Assembly: GCA_964397195.1 (NCBI GenBank) | Contig: CAYNGY010000001.1 | Span: 134,586-198,585, forward strand | Reading direction: 5' to 3' | Origin: an uncultured Gammaproteobacteria bacterium | GTDB taxonomy: Bacteria > Patescibacteriota > Patescibacteriia > SBBC01 > CAIJZX01 | Length of the DNA: 64,000 nucleotides | In this document: positions 1 to 7,565 of the stretch, piece by piece | Layout of the letters: each line of letters begins with the position of its first letter | Position numbering within the stretch: the first letter of the stretch is position 1 | Translations under genes and position numbers: made by a program | The notes under the pieces: model-generated | What the model was told of the DNA's origin: nothing | Seen by the model: the letters and a program-made list of their open reading frames with translations, nothing else | The model's database searches: none

Positions 1-425
1 AGCATCCCATAAATTTTCCATGGGCGGACGAGGCGCGATAATTGGTGGACAACGAACCAGCCAAGGAAACAGGCAATGAAAAGCGGAATCCATTCCTGGC
101 CTACCGAGTGCCACCAACGCACCAGTCCGATCGAACTATCTTCCTCTGGAAACCATCCGTTGTGCCATCGTCCCCATGATTGCAAAATCAGCCACCACGC
201 TACGAACGGCGTGATGAACATCCAGGTCACGCCACGCCAATACCCGAGATGCGTAATGGTGTAGGCGCGAGCGAGAACACGCGGATCGCCGAGTGTTCGC
301 TGGGGATCTGCGGTCGTATCGAGCTGATCGATGTGCGCCCGAAGTTCGGCGAGGATGCTGGCGCGGTTTTTCCCACCGACGCGCAGGTGCCGTTCGAAGC
401 GCTCAAGATATTCGACGTGGGTCAT
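1..425 (-). CDS. HAAS-domain (DUF1700-like) membrane protein, PadR partner; runs off the window edge
   Basis: Not in the ORF track; translated by hand as MTHVEYLERFERHLRVGGKNRASILAELRAHIDQLDTTADPQRTLGDPRVLARAY, followed by Trp-rich hydrophobic segments. Its ATG overlaps the padR stop (ATGA). The YL..L..(R..I..EL..HI)..LGDP..LA pattern is typical of HAAS. Confidence 0.8.
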   Translation of the reverse strand, partial: MTHVEYLERFERHLRVGGKNRASILAELRAHIDQLDTTADPQRTLGDPRVLARAYTITHLGYWRGVTWMFITPFVAWWLILQSWGRWHNGWFPEEDSSIGLVRWWHSVGQEWIPLFIACFLGWFVVHQLSRLVRPWKIYGM

Positions 426-748
426 ACCGCCATCGAATGGACTAAGCGGCCGACGAGATTCGTCATCATCAACCACTCTTTTTTCTTGGCCGACAACTCT
501 TTACTGCCACGCTTCGTCAACGCGTAGACCCGACGATCGGCGCCGGCAAATGTCTCCCACCGGCCAACAATATACTTTTCTTTTTCCAGCTGGTGGAGGA
601 GCGGGTAAAGCATCCCGACCCCAAACTTAAAGGCCTCGGCCATTTCTTCTTTCAGGTACTCGGAGAGGGCGTAGCCATGCATTGGTCGCTTAGCCAGCGC
701 GGTCAGGATGAGGAGGCGAGAGGTGCCTTTGAGGAGTTGTTGGTTCAT
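422..748 (-). CDS. PadR family transcriptional regulator
   Basis: LLKGTSRLLILTAL..PMHGY, G.LYPLLHQLEKE and RRVYALT..G motifs. Confidence 0.95.
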   Translation of the reverse strand: MNQQLLKGTSRLLILTALAKRPMHGYALSEYLKEEMAEAFKFGVGMLYPLLHQLEKEKYIVGRWETFAGADRRVYALTKRGSKELSAKKKEWLMMTNLVGRLVHSMAV

Positions 749-750
749 AT

Positions 751-800
751 ATATCGTGATGCGATATGGACACTCTATATCGCACTGCGATACATGTCAA
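751..800 (-). promoter_or_regulatory. padR promoter with two palindromic operators
   Basis: TTGACA(800-795)-17-TAGAGT(777-772); palindromes ATATCG-N5-CGATAT (751-767) and TATCGCA-C-TGCGATA (778-792). Confidence 0.75.
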
Positions 801-807
801 GCAGTCT

Positions 808-831
808 AAAAAACCGGCCGTTCTGGCCGGT
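808..831 (-). terminator. Intrinsic terminator of the 846..2405 gene
   Basis: ACCGGCC-N5-GGCCGGT hairpin followed by a T-run on the minus strand. Confidence 0.75.
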
Positions 832-845
832 CATCCGGATGGCGA

Positions 846-2405
846 TTAGTACTTCACAACCACGGTCACGTAGCCCGGATCGCGGAAGAGCGCCGACAGC
901 TGGTAAGCGGTACTGGCCCGGCTGACGAGGGTCCAGCGTTTCGTGCGGAGCGAATAAAAGGCGATGCGTAACTGTGAGCGATCAGCGCCGAGATCATCAA
1001 TCGCCGATTTGTTGACGGTCATAATCACCTGATAGCGTGACGTCCAACGCGCAGCGTTCAGCTGATAGACGGCACTGACACGATCAACATCGCCGAGGTA
1101 ACTTGGGATACGAACGGCGCCTAATTTTTTCACCGTGAAATACGTATTATTGAGCGGCGAGGTGGCCGTCAATTCATTCGTCGGGCGGAAGGTGATCGAA
1201 CGCGGCCAATCAACAGTCGTAAACTGTCGGTCGAAGACGGTGATGTAGGCGACACGTTGGGTGCCAATGGTCAGGTAGTATGTTCCGGCGGGAACATAGA
1301 TGTCGGAATATCCGGCGTTGCCAGTGGTTTTTGATTTGACGATCGCGGTGCCAGGGATCGGCCGACCGAGGGCGTCCTTGAGTTGGGTCGCAAATGAGTA
1401 GCGCAGGGTTCGGGCCAAGTCGCCGTTCGCGCCGCGTAAAATAATGCGGGCGCCGCTCATGCGGAACGTTGCCACCTTGTATTCTTCGGTGTCGATGGAG
1501 TATCCGAAACTCTTATAGGCCGTGCCGCCCGTACCCATCACCCGAATCGCGTACGTGCCCGGCGGGAGGTAGGCGTCGTAGGATCCACCCTCCTTGGTCG
1601 AAAGTCCCGCGCCAACCAGATCGCCAAAGATGGCGGTCCCCCGAACGTCGGATGTTTGGCGGTAAATGTTAAAGGCCTGGTTTTTGACCACCTTCCCAAA
1701 TCCATTCTCAAAAACGAATCGCATCGTGGCGAGATGGTACTCAACCAAGCTCTCTTCTTCGGCGTTCACTTCCTGGTCCCAGAGGTAAAAATACGACGAC
1801 CCGGTGCCGTGGATGCGAATGACGTAGTGTCCGGGGTTCAAGAAGGCGCGGGTGGTGCCGAAGGCCTGGGTATTAAAGTCACTGGCGACGAGTTTGTCCG
1901 CGTTGAGCTTGGTGACGTCAATAATCGGCTCGCCATCGTAGTCGAATGATTGAATATAGACATCAAAGACGACGTTCTTCAGGAGTGTGCCCTGGGCATC
2001 GCGGAGGACGACCTGCAGTCCGCCGAGTTGGACGTCAACATTCGCTACGTCGAGCGGCCCGTTTTCAGAAATATCCCAATACGTAAAATACCCGAAGGTC
2101 GCGCTTTTTTGGTAGACCTTCACCGCATAGGGCGACTGTTTATTTGAAAGACAAAAAACGCCGGTTTGGCCACCAGCATCAGTGGTACCGGCGGTGATGG
2201 CGCTAGTTGCCAAGTACGGGTTGCCGTCCGGGTCAGTATTTTTGTGATAGACCGAAACATTCATCCCGGGCAACAACGTGCCCTCTGAATCGCGGGTGAT
2301 GACTCGCACGGCATTTGTATTACTGCCGCAGGCGGCGTCGGCATGAGGAATACGAAAAACCAGGCTGATGGTCAGCGCGGCAAGAAAAGTTCCGATGTAT
2401 TTCAT
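846..2405 (-). CDS. Secreted protein with four tandem beta-sandwich (prealbumin/carboxypeptidase-regulatory-like) repeats
   Basis: Signal peptide MKYIGTFLAALTISLVFRIPHADA; repeated V.LRD..G...N..F.VY.Q..D..G.PI and L.PG.Y.IR units; promoter TTGACG-17-TACACT at 2461-2433. Confidence 0.7.
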   Translation of the reverse strand: MKYIGTFLAALTISLVFRIPHADAACGSNTNAVRVITRDSEGTLLPGMNVSVYHKNTDPDGNPYLATSAITAGTTDAGGQTGVFCLSNKQSPYAVKVYQKSATFGYFTYWDISENGPLDVANVDVQLGGLQVVLRDAQGTLLKNVVFDVYIQSFDYDGEPIIDVTKLNADKLVASDFNTQAFGTTRAFLNPGHYVIRIHGTGSSYFYLWDQEVNAEEESLVEYHLATMRFVFENGFGKVVKNQAFNIYRQTSDVRGTAIFGDLVGAGLSTKEGGSYDAYLPPGTYAIRVMGTGGTAYKSFGYSIDTEEYKVATFRMSGARIILRGANGDLARTLRYSFATQLKDALGRPIPGTAIVKSKTTGNAGYSDIYVPAGTYYLTIGTQRVAYITVFDRQFTTVDWPRSITFRPTNELTATSPLNNTYFTVKKLGAVRIPSYLGDVDRVSAVYQLNAARWTSRYQVIMTVNKSAIDDLGADRSQLRIAFYSLRTKRWTLVSRASTAYQLSALFRDPGYVTVVVKY

Positions 2406-2471
2406 GTTCTGAAATATGTATTTGACTCCATGAGTGTACCACAAAATCACGCATTCGTCAATGTGTTGGAG

Positions 2472-3074
2472 TTATTGGAGAGCCAACTCGAGGTCGGTCA
2501 TGAATTGGTGGGGCGTGATCATTTGCAACACGCGCATCCCAAGTTCTCGCGCCGCCAACAGATTCTCCGGCTGGTCGTCGACGAAGAGGGTCTGTTCGGG
2601 GTTGGCGCTGAGCCGCTGCAACGCCGTGCTGAACATAATCCGTTCGGGTTTCAGGTGGCCGCGATGGAAGGAGTAGACTGCGTCATCAAAGAGCTGTTCA
2701 TAGTGAAACCGTTGTTCGCAATGCTCAATCCACTCGCGGGCGTGATTGGAGAGTAATCCGAGGCGGTACCCACGGCGGCGCAAATCAATGATTTGCGGTC
2801 GAACATGTTCAATTTCTTGAAAGTTTTGGCGGACGATGTCCATGGCGGTCGAGATCGGAATCCGCCAGCCGTGTTGTTGCTTCATTGCGTTCCAATACTC
2901 ACGTTCAAACAGTTGTCCGCGCATCAGACGATAAAAATCCGGTCCGGTCAGGTGACGATCAATCTCGGATGGTGAATATGGTAAAACACCAGCCAAACGG
3001 TCAGCGGTGCCGTGCAGTCCACGGAGGAGAACTTCCGACAGGTCGAAGATAATCGTCGTCACCTCGTTTCCCAT
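2472..3074 (-). CDS. HAD superfamily hydrolase/phosphatase
   Basis: IIFDLSEVL, LLSN, KP..F and LFVDD..EN motifs. Confidence 0.92.
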   Translation of the reverse strand: MGNEVTTIIFDLSEVLLRGLHGTADRLAGVLPYSPSEIDRHLTGPDFYRLMRGQLFEREYWNAMKQQHGWRIPISTAMDIVRQNFQEIEHVRPQIIDLRRRGYRLGLLSNHAREWIEHCEQRFHYEQLFDDAVYSFHRGHLKPERIMFSTALQRLSANPEQTLFVDDQPENLLAARELGMRVLQMITPHQFMTDLELALQ

Positions 3075-3137
3075 ATGCGTATTCTACGCGAAAAGAATGG
3101 AATTGTCAGATACGAGTCCGTTGTGGGCACCGATGAC

Positions 3138-3416
3138 CTAGATCGGTCGAAACCAAACCACCGACCACCACCCGGCGACGAGGATGGTGAGGATTGCTCC
3201 GAGGACGAGGAGGACGAGGTGATCATGATTATGTCGGCGATTGACGATCCCAGTGGTGATAATCGCGAGAATCCCGATAGCCACCGCTGCCGCGGAAAAG
3301 TTTTCACCGAGCGCAAAACCAAAGGCCACAGCCACGGTCCCGACGAAACCAATGACGGCCAGACAGAGCCAGGCCGCGAGGCGGTGTGGGCGAGGAAGAG
3401 CGATGGGTGTTTCCAT
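3138..3416 (-). CDS. Small membrane protein (about 3 TM)
   Basis: Three hydrophobic segments; own promoter TTGCCC-17-TACGAT with -10 6 nt before the ATG. Confidence 0.7.
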   Translation of the reverse strand: METPIALPRPHRLAAWLCLAVIGFVGTVAVAFGFALGENFSAAAVAIGILAIITTGIVNRRHNHDHLVLLVLGAILTILVAGWWSVVWFRPI

Positions 3417-3452
3417 ATACGTATCGTATACCTCTCACGCCCGTCGGGCAAT

Positions 3453-3848
3453 CTATGTCGTCGGGGCGGCGTCGAGGCTAAGCTTATGCCGAACTTGTTC
3501 CACAATTTCCGCTGGGGTGTAGTTCGCCTTCACAAGATAATCAAAAACCCCGTATTTCAAGCGGTCCGTTACCAACTGGACATCGCTCATATTGGTCAGG
3601 AGAATAACGAGGGCCTTGTCCCCCCAGCGATCCTTCCGAAGTTTTTTTAAAAATCCCCACCCATCAAGCACCGGCATATTCAGATCGAGGAGGATGCAGT
3701 CGGGATGTTCGCGGAGCGCTGTGTCATACCCTTCCTGACCGTTGGCCGCCGTTAGCGCCTGAAATCCGCTCATCGAAAACTTCGCCGCGTATGATCCGGC
3801 GATCAGTTTTTCATCTTCGATAATGAGAATTTTCTTTTGCTCAGACAT
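3453..3848 (-). CDS. Stand-alone response regulator receiver (CheY-like)
   Basis: ILIIEDE, PDCILLDLNMPVLDG, VILLTN and DYLVK motifs. Confidence 0.95.
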   Translation of the reverse strand: MSEQKKILIIEDEKLIAGSYAAKFSMSGFQALTAANGQEGYDTALREHPDCILLDLNMPVLDGWGFLKKLRKDRWGDKALVILLTNMSDVQLVTDRLKYGVFDYLVKANYTPAEIVEQVRHKLSLDAAPTT

Positions 3849-3903
3849 ACACCGTGCGTAACGTGTCTATCGTACCGCATTTTAAAAATCATGTCGACTC
3901 GCC

Positions 3904-5289
3904 TTACGAGAGAAGTCGCCAGGAAAAGTACCAGTAGAAGATCGTCGCCCCGGCTAAGGCGCATTGTGTGATGAGGCCTGGGCGGAGTTCGCGTGGGAGC
4001 CGGCGGGCATTGATGTACCACAGAAAGGGAACATAGAGTGCCATCGTCAGCCCGCCCAACACGCCGGACAGCACCAGTAATGCAAAAGGCTGTTTATATG
4101 GCAGGAGACTGGCCCCCAGCAACACGATAATAATAATGAGTCCGTAATACAAGACGTGGAGCGAGACAGTGCGGACGGGACGGAAGAGCGGGGCCAGCCG
4201 GCCGACTCGGGAATTCGTATAGATAATGTCACTAACAATGCGCGCAAAGGCATCAATGACCGTCCAAAGCACCGAGAACAACATCAGCGAGGCCATCGCC
4301 AGAAAGATTTTGGTCCCAATGATTCCAAGTTTGAGTCCGAAGATATCGGCTTGCGCGACAGCGATGTCGGCCCCGACCGGGTGCAGTCCGCGGGGAACAA
4401 GTACGGCGTGGGCGTTCAATGATAAGAGAAAGAGGGTGGTGAAGCCGAGGGCGAGAAAAATAAGGCCCTGGTCAATTCGAACGTAGCGCAGCCAGCCTCG
4501 CCAGCGGTGGTGCGTCTCTGGTCCCGGATGGAACGTGGCGCCGAGCGGAGAGATCGCAACAGGATGACCAGTGACCGGATTTTGGATCGACTCGACGTAG
4601 GCGCCCATGCCAAATCGTTTATCGCGGTACCATAACCCAATCACGAGGTTGAGCATGCCGCCGGCACCGGAAAAAACAATCGCACTGAGGAGTGTATCAG
4701 TGTCGATACCGCGAGGAATGTGCCCGAACGACATCAGGCCGCGAAGACCGTCACCGAAATCAGCCCAGGTCAGGTTGACGAAACTCATGACCACGAGCAG
4801 GACAAAAAAGGTCGGGACAATCACGCGCAGTCCGCGCTCTAACCCGGCGTAGGCCGCTCGGCCCGAGAACGTTAAGACAAGGACAAGACCGAGTCCAGCC
4901 CAGGCCCAGGCGAGATAGTTTCCAAATCCGAACAACGCAGTCAACATCGTGCCGAGTGCGCTGGCCCAGCCCGGCCAGATGTACAGCACCACGGCCGCAA
5001 ACATCCAGAGCAGTGGCGTCCAACTCAGGACGCGGGCAGATGACGTGAAAAAACTTTCGCCGGTCGCTAAGGCCAGGCGGGCGACCTCATGGTTGATGAC
5101 AAACTGAATCAGAATGCCGACGAGCGCCATCCAGAGTACCGACAATCCATGATTGACGACTAAACTTGGCCAAAGAATCAACTCGCCCGTGCCGATCGCT
5201 AGGCCCATGACGACGATGCCGACGCCGATCGCCTTCCGCCAGTGTGGTGGATCAGGCAGTTCGCGGAATTCGAGTGGCGGGAAACTCAT
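3904..5289 (-). CDS. Nramp-family (YcsG-like) divalent metal/APC-superfamily transporter
   Basis: G.GIVVMGLAIGTGELILWP and R.ALATGES motifs with about 11 TM segments; start set at MSFPP, 6 nt after TACACT. Confidence 0.8.
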   Translation of the reverse strand: MSFPPLEFRELPDPPHWRKAIGVGIVVMGLAIGTGELILWPSLVVNHGLSVLWMALVGILIQFVINHEVARLALATGESFFTSSARVLSWTPLLWMFAAVVLYIWPGWASALGTMLTALFGFGNYLAWAWAGLGLVLVLTFSGRAAYAGLERGLRVIVPTFFVLLVVMSFVNLTWADFGDGLRGLMSFGHIPRGIDTDTLLSAIVFSGAGGMLNLVIGLWYRDKRFGMGAYVESIQNPVTGHPVAISPLGATFHPGPETHHRWRGWLRYVRIDQGLIFLALGFTTLFLLSLNAHAVLVPRGLHPVGADIAVAQADIFGLKLGIIGTKIFLAMASLMLFSVLWTVIDAFARIVSDIIYTNSRVGRLAPLFRPVRTVSLHVLYYGLIIIIVLLGASLLPYKQPFALLVLSGVLGGLTMALYVPFLWYINARRLPRELRPGLITQCALAGATIFYWYFSWRLLS

Positions 5290-5334
5290 AGCCATAGTGT
5301 ACCGCAAAACCGCGGTCAATGTCATTGTCTTCGG

Positions 5335-5709
5335 CTAGTCGTTCGATTCGTATAATTCGACCGGAAATCCGCTCGGATCAGCCACGAACGCATACCGTTT
5401 TACGGCCGTGCCAGTGGTAATTGGTTTGAGCATGCGCACCGGCAACGTGCCGAGTGCAGCGAGGGCATGGTCGAGATCATCGACCGCGATGCCGAGATGT
5501 TGGAGTTCCGGTACCGCAGTAAATGATATGCCCGCTGACTCTGGGTGTGACATGAGTTCCACAAAGAACGTGTCATCGCGTTTCATCCGGGTGATATGGA
5601 GATCACTGCCGGGCTTCGCGTAGTTCTGTTCAACCGAAAAACCGAGTCGCTCATAAAACGCGACTGATGATGCCACGTCAGTTGTGGGAATGGCGACGTG
5701 CGTGTTCAT
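5335..5709 (-). CDS. VOC/glyoxalase family protein
   Basis: HVAI...DV..SVAFYE.LGF, HLGIAVDD and FVADPSG.PVELYE; real start is MNTH (the longer ORF overlaps the tRNA). Confidence 0.92.
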   Translation of the reverse strand: MNTHVAIPTTDVASSVAFYERLGFSVEQNYAKPGSDLHITRMKRDDTFFVELMSHPESAGISFTAVPELQHLGIAVDDLDHALAALGTLPVRMLKPITTGTAVKRYAFVADPSGFPVELYESND

Positions 5710-5767
5710 ACTTAAAGAGTATACCCGAAAAAAACCGAAGCCACACCTCGGGCAACCAAAATCTGGC

Positions 5768-5842
5768 TGGGGTGGCCAACGGGGATCGAACCCGTGATAA
5801 AGGCTCCACAAGCCTCTGTGTTACCACTACACCATGGCCACC
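5768..5842 (-). tRNA. tRNA-His(GTG)
   Basis: (G)GTGGCCA...GAGGCTT-GTG-GAGCCTT...GGTTCGATCC...TGGCCAC-C-CCA; encoded G-1, C73 and CCA. Confidence 0.95.
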
Positions 5843-5912
5843 ATGGTCGGAATGAAGTGTCTCAGCAGTGTTCCCGCGTTGTGAGGACGGAAAAACAGGC
5901 AACTTCAGCGAG

Positions 5913-5963
5913 AATATACGGGGAAATACTCACGTTGTCAATAGAATAGCAGCCTGTTAGGAT
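5913..5963. promoter_or_regulatory. Back-to-back sigma70 promoters for the two tRNAs with overlapping -35 boxes
   Basis: Plus: TTGTCA(5935)-17-TAGGAT(5958). Minus: TTGACA(5941-5936)-17-TATATT(5918-5913). Confidence 0.6.
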
Positions 5964-6026
5964 GCAAAGGACGCCCGAAATGTCTGTGCGTCAGGCTCGA
6001 CGCATGTCCCGCCCGATTCGCCTCGT

Positions 6027-6101
6027 GGCCCCGTAGCACAACGGATAGTGCAGGGGACTTCTAAGCCCAAGATGTAGGTTCGACTCCTACCGGGGCCACC
6101 A
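6027..6101 (+). tRNA. tRNA-Arg(TCT)
   Basis: GGCCCCG/CGGGGCC acceptor stem, GCAC/GTGC D-stem, CTTCTAA loop, GGTTCGACTCC and encoded CCA; weak anticodon stem. Confidence 0.88.
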
Positions 6102-6142
6102 GATGAATCAGGCGGGCGACCCAAGTCAAACAATATTCTACG

Positions 6143-6805
6143 ATGTCTTCTTTCCCCGACAAAAAACTATTACACGATATCGCTGATGCAGAATCCGCGA
6201 AAGTCGCGGCGTGGCAATCGGATACCGACCGGATTGTGACCGCCAGCGGCGCGCTTCTGAATTGGGTGGGCGATATCCTATCTGATGAAGGCTGGACGCG
6301 GGAAGAACAGGCGGTCGATGTCGACGCGTTGACGCTGACGGGCACTAACCCAGCGTGGAACGCCATTGTTATTGATCGTGCCGAACGTTCGCCCAAAAAA
6401 CTTCGTGAACTCTGGGCAACGGAGCGGGAGACGCGTCAACCATTTGAATCAATTGCGCACGACGCTCGTCCAATCCTTGTACGGCGGGAGGGGAACGAGT
6501 TAAAAGTATTTGACGGGATGCATCGGACACTCGCGGCCATCCGCGATGGCAAGCCAATCCTCGCCGCGCTGATTGGTACGCCGCCCAGCGTGCCCCGGCC
6601 TACGTGTGAAGCTCATGTGGTGTACGATCTCCTCCGGCCGTGGCAACAGCATCGTACGACCGACCGCGCCGGTCTACTGGCGGCGCTTCGATATTTACGT
6701 CGGACCTATGGAAATGTCGACTCCTTACTGGTCGAACGTTTTGGACCGGTTTGGATTCCAGACCAAGAACTACAGTCAATCATTCAAGAAGCATTACGGG
6801 ATTGA
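6143..6805 (+). CDS. ParB/sulfiredoxin-like domain protein
   Basis: PILVRREGNELKVFDGMHRTLAA matches the ParB/Srx DGxHR motif. Confidence 0.7.
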   Translation: MSSFPDKKLLHDIADAESAKVAAWQSDTDRIVTASGALLNWVGDILSDEGWTREEQAVDVDALTLTGTNPAWNAIVIDRAERSPKKLRELWATERETRQPFESIAHDARPILVRREGNELKVFDGMHRTLAAIRDGKPILAALIGTPPSVPRPTCEAHVVYDLLRPWQQHRTTDRAGLLAALRYLRRTYGNVDSLLVERFGPVWIPDQELQSIIQEALRD

Positions 6806-6830
6806 CACCACAAATGCCCGCCGCTATACT
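6802..6830 (+). promoter_or_regulatory. sigma70 promoter
   Basis: TTGACA-17-TATACT. Confidence 0.75.
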
Positions 6831-6839
6831 TCCGCCTAC

Positions 6840-6917
6840 ATGAAATCCTATTTCGTCCAACTCAGCTGGCTGATTACGACCTGTATGATGGGTCGCGAAC
6901 TGGGTATGGTCAGGTAG
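6840..6917 (+). CDS. Putative 25-aa leader/small peptide MKSYFVQLSWLITTCMMGRELGMVR
   Basis: ATG 9 nt after a near-consensus -10; followed directly by a terminator hairpin. Confidence 0.4.
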   Translation: MKSYFVQLSWLITTCMMGRELGMVR

Positions 6918-6937
6918 GCACGAATGCTTTCCCCGCT

Positions 6938-6969
6938 GACCGGCCCAGACGCCGGTCGTTTTGTTTCTT
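6938..6969 (+). terminator. Intrinsic terminator/attenuator
   Basis: GACCGGC-CCAGAC-GCCGGTC then GTTTTGTTTCTT. Confidence 0.7.
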
Positions 6970-7024
6970 CCTCGTCACTGGTCGACCATCGTGGCCGATC
7001 AGTACCCGGGGAGGGACACCCACC

Positions 7025-7474
7025 ATGGCGGATCAGCGCACCTTCAACGATCGTTTGGCGAGCCTCATTTCCCAGCTCAGCTCGAAGCTCCAGCGGCCCG
7101 ATGCAGTGGTGCCGATGTGGGAGCGGCCGACTGCTCACCAGGTCACCCAGGCCAAGTGCTGGTTGCACGAGGAAGGGATCCTGACGTGGTCGATGCAGTC
7201 GGGGATCATTACTCCGGCGGAGCAGCTGACGCTATGCCGTGCCCTGACCAACTGGGAGCAGCTCGGACGCGATCCGCGGCATATCGGCTACAGCGTGATG
7301 AACGTCCTGTTCGTCATCAAGCGACGCTGTGCGAGCATGCCGTTCGATCGTTCCCGTTTCGCGGAGTACACGTTCTTGGAGAACTGTTTCCCGCGCGAGC
7401 GTCAGGTCCGTGAACGGCGGCGGCGCATGCAAGGGCGTCGCGAAGCCCATACCTTCGCCGAATACGCCGGCTGA
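7025..7474 (+). CDS. Hypothetical protein
   Basis: GGAGGG RBS upstream, GC3-rich codons and a terminator downstream. Confidence 0.65.
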   Translation: MADQRTFNDRLASLISQLSSKLQRPDAVVPMWERPTAHQVTQAKCWLHEEGILTWSMQSGIITPAEQLTLCRALTNWEQLGRDPRHIGYSVMNVLFVIKRRCASMPFDRSRFAEYTFLENCFPRERQVRERRRRMQGRREAHTFAEYAG

Positions 7475-7493
7475 AAGACGGCCCGAACGCACC

Positions 7494-7530
7494 CGGGCGG
7501 CCCGCAACGCGGACCGCCCGAGTTTTCTTT
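7494..7530 (+). terminator. Intrinsic terminator
   Basis: CGGGCGG-C-CCGC-AAC-GCGG-A-CCGCCCG followed by TTTTCTTT. Confidence 0.7.
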
Positions 7531-7565
7531 GTTACACCGAACGGACAGCCGTTCTGGTCGAGCGG

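Noticed and set aside
5710-5811. N-terminal extensions in the ORF track (VOC, 10786, 36675, 54203, 62781, 20418)
   Set aside because: They overlap tRNAs, promoters or upstream genes; downstream ATGs fit better.
6027-7530. Genomic islet integrated at tRNA-Arg
   Set aside because: No duplicated tRNA 3' end and no adjacent integrase found.
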